Assembly (NCBI GenBank): GCA_022340885.1
Contig: JAJDND010000159.1
Location: forward strand, 3,395 to 67,394
Direction of reading: 5' to 3'
Source of the DNA: Desulfobacterales bacterium
GTDB lineage: Bacteria; Desulfobacterota; Desulfobacteria; Desulfobacterales; UBA11574
DNA length: 64,000 bases
Shown: in pieces, positions 9,144 to 18,010 of the stretch
Layout of the letters: each line of letters starts with the position of its first letter
Numbering within the stretch: the first letter of the stretch is position 1
Notes under the pieces: generated by a model
The model's input: the letters and a program-made list of their open reading frames with translations, nothing else
Database searches by the model: none
Told to the model about the DNA's origin: nothing
Position numbers and translations under genes: made by a program

Positions 9144-10103
9144 ATGCTATCATTTATCGGGCGCAGTGTGATTCAAAAAACCATTACCCTTTTTTTTGTA
9201 TCCATCGTCTCCTTTTTGATCATTCACCTGGCCCCGGGGAAACCGAGCCAGGTGAATCCGATGAATCCCAAATTCACACCCGAAATTTTAGAGCGTTTTC
9301 AAAAAGAGTTTCACCTGGATAAACCTCTTTATGTCCAGTATCTTTATTTTTATCGCGGCCTTTTTACAGGTCAAACCGTTTCCTGGAAAGACAATCAATC
9401 GGTCTTTTCAAAGATATGGGGACGATTTTTAAACAGTTTGCCCCTGTTTATCGTGGGAACCCTCATTACCTGGACCCTTTCGTTTCCGGTAGGGATCCGG
9501 TCCGCGATCTACAGGGGCGGGATCTACGATCGGACAACCACATTTTTATCGTATCTATTGATTTCAATTCCCGGATTTTTCTTCGCTTACGTGTTGATCA
9601 TTTTTGTCGTCAATCACTTTCACGTCCCGGTGATCGGTATGGAAACCTTCGGTATCGCCAACTCATCAATCCCCCATATGATTATGGACCGCATCTGGCA
9701 CTTGCTTCTTCCTTCGGTGCTAGGCGCCACGGGCGGTATTGCCATTTTGTCGAGATATGTTCGAAGCCAGATGCTCGAAGTGGAAGGCCAGGATTATATC
9801 CGAACCGCCAAGGCCAAAGGGCTTCCCCCGGATCAGGTGCATTATAAACATGCTTTTAGAAATGCGCTGTTGCCCTTTGTCACCATGTTCGGCCTTATAT
9901 TGCCCGGGCTGATCGGCGGATCGGTAATCATCGAAACGATTTTTTCGTGGCCCGGAATGGGCCGAATGGCCTATGACGCCATCCTGGCCAGAGATTACCC
10001 GGTGATTCTGACGGTCAATTTTGTTTCAGCGGTTCTGGTGCTTGCCGGCACCTTTGTTTCAGACTTGCTCTATCTTGTTGTCGACCCGAGGATACGCCTG
10101 TAA
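9144..10103 (+). CDS. Peptide ABC transporter permease (OppB/DppB-like)
   Basis: 319 aa. Six predicted TM segments and an EAA loop (DYIRTAKAKGLPPDQVHYKHAFRNALLP). Confidence 0.92.
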   Translation: MLSFIGRSVIQKTITLFFVSIVSFLIIHLAPGKPSQVNPMNPKFTPEILERFQKEFHLDKPLYVQYLYFYRGLFTGQTVSWKDNQSVFSKIWGRFLNSLPLFIVGTLITWTLSFPVGIRSAIYRGGIYDRTTTFLSYLLISIPGFFFAYVLIIFVVNHFHVPVIGMETFGIANSSIPHMIMDRIWHLLLPSVLGATGGIAILSRYVRSQMLEVEGQDYIRTAKAKGLPPDQVHYKHAFRNALLPFVTMFGLILPGLIGGSVIIETIFSWPGMGRMAYDAILARDYPVILTVNFVSAVLVLAGTFVSDLLYLVVDPRIRL

Positions 10104-11275
10104 TGAATCCAGGAGAAAATCACATCGACGCACCCGATTATATCGAAGCCCCATTGGCGCCAAAGCACACCCGGATGCAGGAATTCGGTCGCATGCTGAA
10201 ACAAAACCGGCTGGCGGCTTTAGGCTTTTTCATTTTTGTGCTGTTTTTTCTTTGCGCCGTCACGGGTCTTATTTTGACCTCAGGCACAAAACCCCTATTC
10301 AACCCTGCCATGGTTCGTCTCGAGGAAAAGCTCCGCCCGCCGCTATCCAAACCGAACCTTCAAGCCCTGCGGCCGGACCAGGTTCCGGTTTTGAATGTCT
10401 ACCTGATGGGAACGGATGATTTGGGACGGGATGTTTTTGCGAGAATGCTTCAAGGGGCTTGGGTTTCATTGACCGTCGGTTTTGTGGCGGTGGGCATATC
10501 GGTTTTTATCGGTATTTTCATGGGCGGCATCGCCGGATATTTCGGACAACATCATATTAAAGCCATACATATTCTGTTTTTTTTATGTTTGATCGGCGGA
10601 ATCGGTCTTGTATTGATAAACGCCGTCTTTGCCGGAACCGCGCTTTTATTGCTATGTCTTTCAAGTATTGTTTTCTTGTTGTCTGCCCGGGACAAATTGC
10701 CGGAAAAAACGCTGCCGGCCTGGAAAGGGATCCTTTTGGGCAATGCGGTTTCCGTGGATACGCTGATCATGCGAATCGTGGATATCATGCTCTGTTTTCC
10801 GAGCTTTTTTCTGATCTTAACGGTGGTCGCCTTGCTTCCCGCCAGCATATACAACATTATGATCGTCATCGGGCTGACCAGCTGGATGGGCACCACCCGA
10901 TTTGTCCGCGCCGAATTTCTCTCTTTGAGAGAACAGGATTTCGTTGCAGCGGCAAAAGCCCTGGGCATCGGAAATTTCAGAATTATTTTCCGGCACATCA
11001 TGCCCAATGCCGTCGCCCCGGTTCTGGTTTCGGCGACCATCGGCATTGCGACGGCCATTTTAACCGAAGCCGGCTTGAGCTTCCTCGGATTCGGTGTGCC
11101 ACCGCCCCATGCCACCTGGGGCAATATCCTTTCAGACGGGAAAAATTTCATCTTTGATGCACCGTGGCTGACCTTCATACCGGGAATTGCCATATTGATT
11201 GTCGTGCTCTCTTTTAACCTTTTCGGGGAAGGATTAAGGGATATCCTGAACCCCAAACTCAGAGAAAGACACTAA
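10103..11275 (+). CDS. Peptide ABC transporter permease (OppC/DppC-like) with an internal insertion
   Basis: 390 aa. Motifs LMGTDDLGRDVFARM, GGIAGYFG and EAA loop DFVAAAKALGIGNFRIIFRHIMPNAVAP. Its start overlaps the stop of the upstream permease gene. Confidence 0.92.
   Translation: MNPGENHIDAPDYIEAPLAPKHTRMQEFGRMLKQNRLAALGFFIFVLFFLCAVTGLILTSGTKPLFNPAMVRLEEKLRPPLSKPNLQALRPDQVPVLNVYLMGTDDLGRDVFARMLQGAWVSLTVGFVAVGISVFIGIFMGGIAGYFGQHHIKAIHILFFLCLIGGIGLVLINAVFAGTALLLLCLSSIVFLLSARDKLPEKTLPAWKGILLGNAVSVDTLIMRIVDIMLCFPSFFLILTVVALLPASIYNIMIVIGLTSWMGTTRFVRAEFLSLREQDFVAAAKALGIGNFRIIFRHIMPNAVAPVLVSATIGIATAILTEAGLSFLGFGVPPPHATWGNILSDGKNFIFDAPWLTFIPGIAILIVVLSFNLFGEGLRDILNPKLRERH
10550..10753 (+). other. 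In-frame ~68-aa insertion (two extra hydrophobic helices) inside the OppC-like permease
   Basis: In E. coli DppC, GYFGG is followed directly by LVDNIIMRVVDIML. Here GYFGQ and VDTLIMRIVDIML are separated by HHIKAIHILFFLCLIGGIGLVLINAVFAGTALLLLCLSSIVFLLSARDKLPEKTLPAWKGILLGNAVS. Confidence 0.6.
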
Positions 11276-11283
11276 ACGATTTC

Positions 11284-12294
11284 ATGGACAAACGACCCAA
11301 ATCCCATGGCACCCCATTGCTTAGGGTGGAAAATTTAAAGGTTTATTTTCAAGGCGACGGCAAGCGCGCCCGCGCAGTGGACGGCATCAGTTACGAGGTG
11401 CATCAAAAACAAACCGTTTGTATCGTGGGAGAATCCGGATGCGGTAAAACCGTCTCCGCACTCAGTATTTTGGGTCTTATTCCCTCTCCTCCCGGAGAAA
11501 TTGTTAGCGGTAAAATTTTCTTTTCCGGACAAGATCTTTTAAAACTCGATGAAAAGACCATGCAAAATATTCGCGGGAATCAAATTGCCATGGTTTTTCA
11601 GGAGCCTCTCACCTCCTTGAATCCTGTTTTCACCATCGGCGATCAGCTCGGTGAAGCCGTCTCCACGCACAAATCCATGGGCGCGGAATCGTTAAAGCGC
11701 TATATGATTCAGCTCCTTTCCGATGTGGGCATCCCCTCTCCGGAACAGCGGCTCAACGATTATCCCCACCAGCTCAGCGGTGGTCAGAGACAGCGGGTCA
11801 TGATCGCCATGGCCCTTTCATGTGATCCGGATCTCATGATCGCCGATGAACCGACCACGGCACTCGATGTCACGGTTCAGGCCCAGATACTCGAGCTGTT
11901 GCGATCCATACAACAAAAACGGTCCATGGCGATTCTGTATATTTCTCATGATCTGGGGGTGGTTTCGGCCATTGCCCACTGGATTTATGTAATGTATGCG
12001 GGGATAATGGCGGAACAGGGGAATTCGGATCAAATATTTCGATCCCCCCGTCATCCTTATACGCAAGGGCTGCTGGCATCGCTTCCCAGCCTGTCAAAAC
12101 GCGGAAAGCGGCTCTACAGCATTCCCGGCAGCGTCCCGAACCCGGCGTATAAGCCCACAGGATGTCCGTTTCATCCCAGATGTCCCCATACGATTTCAAC
12201 CTGCCGGAAGGAATATCCGAATATGTGCGACTACGGCCACGGGCATATGGCCCGCTGCCCGGTGTTATACGAAAAGAGAGAACATACTGAGTAA
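11284..12294 (+). CDS. Peptide ABC transporter ATP-binding protein (OppD/DppD-like)
   Basis: 336 aa. Walker A GESGCGKTV, signature LSGGQRQRV, Walker B LMIADEPTTALD, and a Cys-rich C-terminal oligopeptide-transporter extension (GCPFHPRCPH...C...C). Confidence 0.93.
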   Translation: MDKRPKSHGTPLLRVENLKVYFQGDGKRARAVDGISYEVHQKQTVCIVGESGCGKTVSALSILGLIPSPPGEIVSGKIFFSGQDLLKLDEKTMQNIRGNQIAMVFQEPLTSLNPVFTIGDQLGEAVSTHKSMGAESLKRYMIQLLSDVGIPSPEQRLNDYPHQLSGGQRQRVMIAMALSCDPDLMIADEPTTALDVTVQAQILELLRSIQQKRSMAILYISHDLGVVSAIAHWIYVMYAGIMAEQGNSDQIFRSPRHPYTQGLLASLPSLSKRGKRLYSIPGSVPNPAYKPTGCPFHPRCPHTISTCRKEYPNMCDYGHGHMARCPVLYEKREHTE

Positions 12295-13296
12295 ATGGAA
12301 ACAACCCATAAACATAATGCCATCATTTTACGATTGGAAAAGGTGAAAAAATATTTTCCGATCCGCCGTGGTTTTTTTCAACATACCGTCGGATGGGTGA
12401 AGGCCGTTGACGGCGTGAGTTTTGACATCGAACAGGGCAAAACCATGGGCCTGGTGGGAGAAAGCGGTTGTGGAAAATCTACGGTCGCCCGTCTCATTCT
12501 GAAGCTGCTGGAGACGGATGACGGAAACATCATTTTTAAGGGCCGAAATATCGGCCGCTTTTCTGAAAAAGAGATGAAACCGTTTCGAAAAGAGGTTCAA
12601 ATCATCTTCCAGGATCCATTCGGATCTTTGAATCCCCGCATGACCGTCGGACAGTGCATCGAGGAAGGGATTCGAATTTTAGGCGTCAAACGCGCATCGG
12701 CCCGCAAAGAGCGCCTGGAGAACCTCCTGAATATGGTGGGCATGTCTTACGACAGCGCGGATCGATATCCCCATGAATTCAGCGGGGGTCAGCGCCAGCG
12801 TATCGGCATCGCCCGCGCCCTGAGCGTTGAGCCGTCCCTGATCGTCTGCGATGAACCGGTTTCCGCGCTGGATGTTTCCATACAGGCGCAGATCATCAAT
12901 CTCTTGAAAGACCTGCAGGATCAGCTCGGTTTAAGCTATCTTTTTATCTCCCATGATCTCAATATTGTAGGGTACCTTTGCGACACCATTTCCGTCATGT
13001 ACAACGGGTCGATCATGGAATCGGCATCATCGGAAGATATTTTTAATCATCCGTATCATCCTTATACCAAATCCTTGTTATCGGCCGTTCCCGATCCCAA
13101 TAAAAAGTGGGATGTAACATTATCCCTTGAACAACGGTATGAGTCGGATGCCGTTTACGACGGCTGCAAACACCAAAAAAAGTGTCCGTGGGTTGAAAAA
13201 CAATGCCGGAAGAATCCCATCGATTTTGTCCAAGTGGAAGCAAACCACTTTGTTCGATGCTGGAAAACCAAAAAAAGTGATCTAAAAGTGATCTAA
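12295..13296 (+). CDS. Peptide ABC transporter ATP-binding protein (OppF/DppF-like)
   Basis: 333 aa. Walker A GESGCGKST, signature FSGGQRQRI, Walker B LIVCDEPVSALD. It starts immediately after the oppD-like stop. Confidence 0.93.
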   Translation: METTHKHNAIILRLEKVKKYFPIRRGFFQHTVGWVKAVDGVSFDIEQGKTMGLVGESGCGKSTVARLILKLLETDDGNIIFKGRNIGRFSEKEMKPFRKEVQIIFQDPFGSLNPRMTVGQCIEEGIRILGVKRASARKERLENLLNMVGMSYDSADRYPHEFSGGQRQRIGIARALSVEPSLIVCDEPVSALDVSIQAQIINLLKDLQDQLGLSYLFISHDLNIVGYLCDTISVMYNGSIMESASSEDIFNHPYHPYTKSLLSAVPDPNKKWDVTLSLEQRYESDAVYDGCKHQKKCPWVEKQCRKNPIDFVQVEANHFVRCWKTKKSDLKVI

Positions 13297-13427
13297 AGTT
13301 GAAAAATGCGCTTTCAGCGCGATCATGTATAACGATAACTGATAGAATACCTTAATTTTAGGCACTTAACACTTCTTTATGAATTATTGTACTTATAATA
13401 TATCATCAGAGACTTGGAGGATACTTT

Positions 13428-14201
13428 ATGGAACCTGTATTGCTCGAGAAGGAAGGACCCGTAGCATGGCTGACATTGAATCGACCGGAAAGCCGAAACG
13501 CGCTCTCGGTTGACGTGATGAACGACATGCTCGATAAACTGAGCCAAATTGCGCGGGATCAAGAGATTCGTGTCGTCGTTATCAGGGGAAACGGCCCGGC
13601 ATTTTGCGCCGGCCACAACCTCAAAGACATGGTCGGACCGGACCTGGATATCCGGCACTTTTATACGATGTTTTCAATATGCGCCCGAATGATGCAGTCC
13701 CTTCATGCGCTTCCCCAACCCGTCATTGCCCAAGTCCACGGCATTGCAACCGCCGCCGGATGCCAACTTGTTGCCGCCTGCGATCTTGCCGTCGCAGAAG
13801 CCGGCGCCCAATTTGCCACTCCCGGCGTAAAGATCGGACTTTTCTGCACAACCCCTGCTGTTCCGCTGGTCCGCGTTGTCGGAAGAAGAAGGGCCTTGGA
13901 GATGCTGCTCACGGGTCGATTCTTTTCAGCTGAGCAGGCGGAAAAATTCGGACTGGTGAATGAGGTGGTGCCGTTGGAAGATCTTTCCCGGCGGACCAGG
14001 AACCTTGCCGTGGAAATGGCGCAATACAGCCGGCAAACGCTGGCATTCGGGAAGCAGACATTTTACCGCCAGGTCGACTTGAGTGAAACATCGGCTTACG
14101 ATTATGCGACCCATGCCATTGCCATGAACTGTCTTGATGACGATGCGCAGGAGGGCATCCGGGCCTTTCTTGAAAAAAGAGCGCCTGTTTGGAAAAATTG
14201 A
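13428..14201 (+). CDS. Enoyl-CoA hydratase/isomerase (crotonase) family protein
   Basis: 257 aa. Crotonase-fold segments (LNRPESRNALS, VVVIRGNGPAFCAGHNLKDM, GIATAAGCQLVAACDLAVA). GGAGG lies upstream of the ATG. Confidence 0.9.
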   Translation: MEPVLLEKEGPVAWLTLNRPESRNALSVDVMNDMLDKLSQIARDQEIRVVVIRGNGPAFCAGHNLKDMVGPDLDIRHFYTMFSICARMMQSLHALPQPVIAQVHGIATAAGCQLVAACDLAVAEAGAQFATPGVKIGLFCTTPAVPLVRVVGRRRALEMLLTGRFFSAEQAEKFGLVNEVVPLEDLSRRTRNLAVEMAQYSRQTLAFGKQTFYRQVDLSETSAYDYATHAIAMNCLDDDAQEGIRAFLEKRAPVWKN

Positions 14202-14223
14202 CGGAAATGTCGGGAAAAGAATG

Positions 14224-14619
14224 CTATCGTTTCGAGAATTGGAAACGGGCCCGCGCACCTTTTTGGCCGTATTTTTTTCTTTCCTTGGCCCTTGCGTCGC
14301 GGCGGACAAAGCCGGCCTTTTTCAAGGGTTTTCTCAAATCCGGACTCGCCAGTATCAGTGCCTTTGTAATGCCGTGCCGAATCGCACCGGCTTGAGCTGA
14401 AAAACCACCGCCCGAAACAGTGGTTTTTACATTAAATGCGTCGAGGGTATTGGTCAAAACAAGGGGCTGCTTCACAGCAGCTTGTGAGGACAAAACCGTA
14501 AAATATTTGTCGATGGGCTGATTGTTGACAATAATTTCACCGCTTCCCGGCACGAGCCATGTTCTGGCAACGGAAGTTTTACGTTTTCCGGTTGAATAAT
14601 ATATGTTTTCCTTCTCCAT
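14224..14619 (-). CDS. rpsI: 30S ribosomal protein S9
   Basis: 131 aa. [15 protein letters not shown]..., [19 protein letters not shown], and the C-terminal [17 protein letters not shown]. Confidence 0.97.
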   Translation of the reverse strand: MEKENIYYSTGKRKTSVARTWLVPGSGEIIVNNQPIDKYFTVLSSQAAVKQPLVLTNTLDAFNVKTTVSGGGFSAQAGAIRHGITKALILASPDLRKPLKKAGFVRRDARAKERKKYGQKGARARFQFSKR

Positions 14620-14657
14620 ACAACTCCCCGATGATTATAAAAGATGTCGTGGTTTGA

Positions 14658-15092
14658 CTAAATTTGAAGACTCTCCGGCTGCTGCGCCTCATGGGGATGC
14701 CGGTCTCCCGCATACACCTTCAATTTTTTAAACAGTTTTCGGCCCAGCCTGTTTTTCGGCAGCATGCCTTTGACGGCAAACCGCACGAGGTCTTCGGGTC
14801 TTTTTTCCATCAGCTTTTTGGCTGTAATGGTTTTCAAGCCCCCGATATAACCGCTATACCGGTAGTAATTTTTCTGGTCCCACTTCTTTCCGGTGAGTAC
14901 AATCTTATCTGCGTTGACGACAACTACCCAATCACCGGTATCCGAATGGGGGGTAAAGAGCGGGTTGTGTTTTCCCCTCAGCCGGGATGCTACGGTGCTG
15001 GCCAGTCTTCCCAAAACCGCACCTTCGGCATCCACTAGATACCAACGTCCCGGATTGTCTGAATTTTTGGCGCTATATGTATACTTTTTCAC
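14658..15092 (-). CDS. rplM: 50S ribosomal protein L13
   Basis: L13 similarity begins at [35 protein letters not shown] at 15090-15092 is preceded by AGGAG (15101-15105). The ORF-track start at 15185 adds 31 unsupported residues. Confidence 0.93.
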   Translation of the reverse strand: MKKYTYSAKNSDNPGRWYLVDAEGAVLGRLASTVASRLRGKHNPLFTPHSDTGDWVVVVNADKIVLTGKKWDQKNYYRYSGYIGGLKTITAKKLMEKRPEDLVRFAVKGMLPKNRLGRKLFKKLKVYAGDRHPHEAQQPESLQI

Positions 15093-15123
15093 CTGCTTTT
15101 CTCCTTTGCCCAAGAGAAAGATT

Positions 15124-15151
15124 AATATAATGGGAAATATAAACGTGTCAA
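15124..15151 (-). promoter_or_regulatory. Candidate sigma70 promoter of rplM-rpsI
   Basis: The minus strand reads TTGACA (15146-15151), a 16-nt spacer, then TATATT (15124-15129), about 30 nt upstream of the GTG start. Confidence 0.4.
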
Positions 15152-15178
15152 GGGAAAAATCTTGATCCGGACCAGTAT

Positions 15179-15207
15179 TTGACACTGAACACGATTTCTA
15201 ATATAAG
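15179..15207 (+). promoter_or_regulatory. Candidate sigma70 promoter of the CYTH/EEP gene pair
   Basis: TTGACA (15179-15184), a 17-nt spacer, then TATAAG (15202-15207), about 85 nt upstream of the ATG at 15294. It is divergent from the rplM promoter. Confidence 0.4.
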
Positions 15208-15293
15208 TGTTTCAACATTTACGTTCATGTTCCATCTACCGGTTTTAGCCTTTTGTCGAAAATGCCGTTTTCAACGTACATGATAAGCTCACT

Positions 15294-15914
15294 ATGAATT
15301 CTCTTGAAACCGAAGTCAAATTTTACTTATCGAACATCGACGCCGTCCGGTCCTGCATTATCGGCCTTGGCGCCGTTTTTAAAAATCGATCCTTTGAAAC
15401 CAACATCCGGTTTGAAGATGCCGAAAAAACGCTGATTCAAAAAAAATCGCTTCTAAGGCTCCGCAAGGATACAAAAGCGACGCTGACATTTAAAGCCCAG
15501 CCACCTGTTAAAGACAGCCAATTCAAAGTGCTCCAGGAACTCGAAGTCGAAGTCAGTGATTTTGACACCATGGAACATATATTGAAATCTTTGGGATTTA
15601 GAAATGAACAGGTGTACGAAAAATGGCGAGAAAGTTATATCGTTGAAGACACGCTGTTTTGTCTGGATACACTGCCTTACGGAGATTTCCTTGAAATCGA
15701 AGGCCGCAAAGAATCGATCCGGCAGTTGGCTTCCCAAATCGATCTTTCGTGGGAAAAACGGATTCTTTTAAACTATCTCGCCATCTTTGATATCCTAAAA
15801 CGGCAACTCAATCTTTCGTTTTACGATGTCACATTCGGAAACTTTAACAACATTCGGTTTGATATGGCACATTATCTCCCGCTGATCGAAGCGGATGCTC
15901 AGAACATCAGTTAG
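15294..15914 (+). CDS. CYTH-domain protein (CyaB-type class IV adenylate cyclase / triphosphate tunnel metalloenzyme)
   Basis: 206 aa. N-terminal ExExK signature (ETEVKF) and alternating charged beta-strand pattern typical of CYTH. Confidence 0.85.
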   Translation: MNSLETEVKFYLSNIDAVRSCIIGLGAVFKNRSFETNIRFEDAEKTLIQKKSLLRLRKDTKATLTFKAQPPVKDSQFKVLQELEVEVSDFDTMEHILKSLGFRNEQVYEKWRESYIVEDTLFCLDTLPYGDFLEIEGRKESIRQLASQIDLSWEKRILLNYLAIFDILKRQLNLSFYDVTFGNFNNIRFDMAHYLPLIEADAQNIS

Positions 15915-15960
15915 AATTCCACCACTAGAAACCCATCCTTAATCTCGCTACCGAGGTGCT

Positions 15961-16728
15961 ATGTTTTCTGTTTTGACACTCAATTTGCGTTTCGGGCTGG
16001 CTGATGACGGTCCCAACAACTGGCAACATCGGAAAAAAAGCTTCCCTGTGCTTTTTGATACTTATCAAACGGATTTTATCGGCTTTCAGGAAGCCAACGA
16101 TTTTCAAATCGATTTTCTCGATAATATACTGAAAGACTATCACTACATCGGGAAACGAAGCCCCTCACCTTCCTTTTGGCAAAACAACATAATCTTTTAT
16201 CGCAAAAACTGGACCTGCGTTTATCATGAACATTTTTTCTTGAGCCCGACCCCTTCGGTGCCGAGCCGTTATCTAAAAAGTCTCTGGCCGAGACAATGCA
16301 CCATGGGTATGTTTAAAAAAGACCACCGACAGGTGATCTGCATCAACACACATTTGGATTTCGACACTTCGGTTCAGGTAAAGAGCGCCCGTCTGATCCT
16401 GGATCGTCTGTCGCATCTTCCCGGCGATATTCCCGCAGTTCTCATGGGAGACTTTAATACCGTCCCCTTCAGCGCATGCTACAATGTGCTCACAGATAGT
16501 AACCGCCAACCGGCTGTCCAGGCACCTTGTTTCAAGGATGCGTTTTCGCAGCCGTTTGCAGGAACCCATCACGGGTTTACCGGACACACGGATGGGGATC
16601 ATATCGACTGGATTCTCTTTCGAGGCAACATCACGGTAAAACACAGCCGGGTTATTCAGGATACGTTTGATAATATTTACATATCGGACCACTTCCCTTT
16701 GTTTGCCGAATTTTCGTGGGAAGATTAG
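15961..16728 (+). CDS. Endonuclease/exonuclease/phosphatase (EEP) family protein
   Basis: 255 aa. LTLNLRFG..., FIGFQEAN, GDFN..., and the C-terminal SDHFPL motif typical of the EEP fold. Confidence 0.85.
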   Translation: MFSVLTLNLRFGLADDGPNNWQHRKKSFPVLFDTYQTDFIGFQEANDFQIDFLDNILKDYHYIGKRSPSPSFWQNNIIFYRKNWTCVYHEHFFLSPTPSVPSRYLKSLWPRQCTMGMFKKDHRQVICINTHLDFDTSVQVKSARLILDRLSHLPGDIPAVLMGDFNTVPFSACYNVLTDSNRQPAVQAPCFKDAFSQPFAGTHHGFTGHTDGDHIDWILFRGNITVKHSRVIQDTFDNIYISDHFPLFAEFSWED

Positions 16729-16844
16729 CCGATTAAAAAGCATGCTTTGCGTCTTGTAACTCTCCGGCAAACGCGCTATAGCATGTCTCTAAATATTTTC
16801 ACGACGTATCGATTCATTGAATACATTTTAAAAATTTGAACATT

Positions 16845-17459
16845 ATGGGTCTGCTGTCATCACGAAATTCCATCACACGTTATAAAGTTTCGGGCCAACT
16901 GGACGAACCGGTGCATGAGACCGTCTATCAAGGGCTCAAAAAACATACCATTCCGAAAATCGAAGACGATGGATTGGAATCCATTGTCGGCTGGACATCA
17001 ATAGAAACCCCTTATGCACCGAATTTTGAGGGGTATTCATTTGTTTTTGGTTCCTACATGCTGTTTGCCCTGCGAATCGACAAAAAATCCATTCCACCGA
17101 AACTGATTCAAAAATATTATACCCTGAACGTCGCCAAATACCTTGCCGACACCGGGCGGCAATACTTGTCCGGCAATGAGAAAAAGGCCATCAAAGAAGA
17201 TGTGATCAACGCCCTTAGTCGTCGTATACCGGCAGTTCCCAACGTATATGACCTAATCTGGGATTACCATAGCGCTTCATTGTGGTTTTTTACCAACTTA
17301 AAAGCAATGAATGAAGCCCTGGAGACGCTTTTTGTCAAATCTTTCAACCTCCAGTTGATCCGTCTTTTTCCTTACACTGCAGCGGTCCTGACATCGGAAC
17401 TGTCGGACAGCGAACATGATCTTTTGCGAAATTTGGGAAAAAATCGATCTGAGGAATAA
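16845..17459 (+). CDS. RdgC-like recombination-associated protein, N-terminal-half equivalent
   Basis: First ATG at 16845; the ORF track starts at TTG 16836. KKSIPPKLIQKYYTLNVAKYLADTGRQYLSGNEKKAIKEDVINALSRRIPAVPNVYDLIWDY parallels E. coli RdgC ...[59 protein letters not shown]. Ends at TAA 17457-17459. Confidence 0.65.
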   Translation: MGLLSSRNSITRYKVSGQLDEPVHETVYQGLKKHTIPKIEDDGLESIVGWTSIETPYAPNFEGYSFVFGSYMLFALRIDKKSIPPKLIQKYYTLNVAKYLADTGRQYLSGNEKKAIKEDVINALSRRIPAVPNVYDLIWDYHSASLWFFTNLKAMNEALETLFVKSFNLQLIRLFPYTAAVLTSELSDSEHDLLRNLGKNRSEE

Positions 17460-17462
17460 CCG

Positions 17463-17990
17463 GTGCTGGACATCGCCATCGCATATAACCGTTACAAGTT
17501 CTTGGGGAATGAATTCTTAACCTGGCTGTGGTTCATCATTGAAACCGGCACGGAGAACCTGCGCCGCGAGGACGCGGATTTTGTATCCATGGCCGTCGGC
17601 AACCGAATGGTCCTTGAAAATACCCGCAACAACACCAAAGAAACCGTCACCATCAAAGGTGACAATGCCGGTCTGGAAGAAGGGCGACTGGCTGTAAAAA
17701 AAGGGGCATTGGTCGCTGAACTTCACCTCTCCTATAAAACCGGCGCTCAACATTTCGAATTCAGCCTAAAGGGAGAAAGTCTCAACATTTCCAGCCTGAA
17801 ACTCCCGGAAACCGGTCCCATTGAAACTGCGGAAGATCTCGAGGGCGTTGTTCTCGAGAAGATTTACCTGATTGAAAAGGTGGTGGTGCTCGTAAACGGT
17901 CTTTTTTCCCGTTTCGTTCATCTGCGGCTATCGGATACGTGGGACAGTCAAACAAAAGCTCATATTCACAAATGGGCGGGGGCTATATAA
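17463..17990 (+). CDS. Hypothetical protein, apparently the RdgC C-terminal-half equivalent
   Basis: GTG at 17463 is preceded by GAGGA (17451-17455) and is in the same frame as the upstream ORF. FLTWLWF...VTIKGDNAGLEEGRLAVKKGALVAELHLSY...FEFSLKGESLNISSLKL loosely parallels RdgC LTLTEWV...[30 protein letters not shown]...FVMCDDGSLKRLKF. Confidence 0.55.
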   Translation: MLDIAIAYNRYKFLGNEFLTWLWFIIETGTENLRREDADFVSMAVGNRMVLENTRNNTKETVTIKGDNAGLEEGRLAVKKGALVAELHLSYKTGAQHFEFSLKGESLNISSLKLPETGPIETAEDLEGVVLEKIYLIEKVVVLVNGLFSRFVHLRLSDTWDSQTKAHIHKWAGAI

Positions 17991-18010
17991 AATAAAAACC
18001 CTTTGACCCG

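Noticed and set aside
15093-15185. A 31-aa N-terminal extension of rplM starting at ATG 15185.
   Set aside because: L13 homology starts at [12 protein letters not shown] 15092 has an AGGAG RBS, and a TTGACA-16-TATATT promoter lies inside the putative extension.
16737-16748. The palindrome AAAGCATGCTTT after the EEP gene, considered as a terminator.
   Set aside because: There is no loop; the centre is fully paired. The stem is only 5-6 bp and AT-rich, with no T-tract. It is likely a chance palindrome containing an SphI-like GCATGC core.
17457-17459. Programmed recoding (selenocysteine or read-through) at the in-frame stop between the RdgC-like ORFs, or elsewhere in the window.
   Set aside because: The stop is TAA, not TGA, so selenocysteine is excluded. 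A proper SD plus GTG follows it, so separate initiation is the simpler explanation. I saw no same-frame ORF pairs split by TGA in the ORF track.
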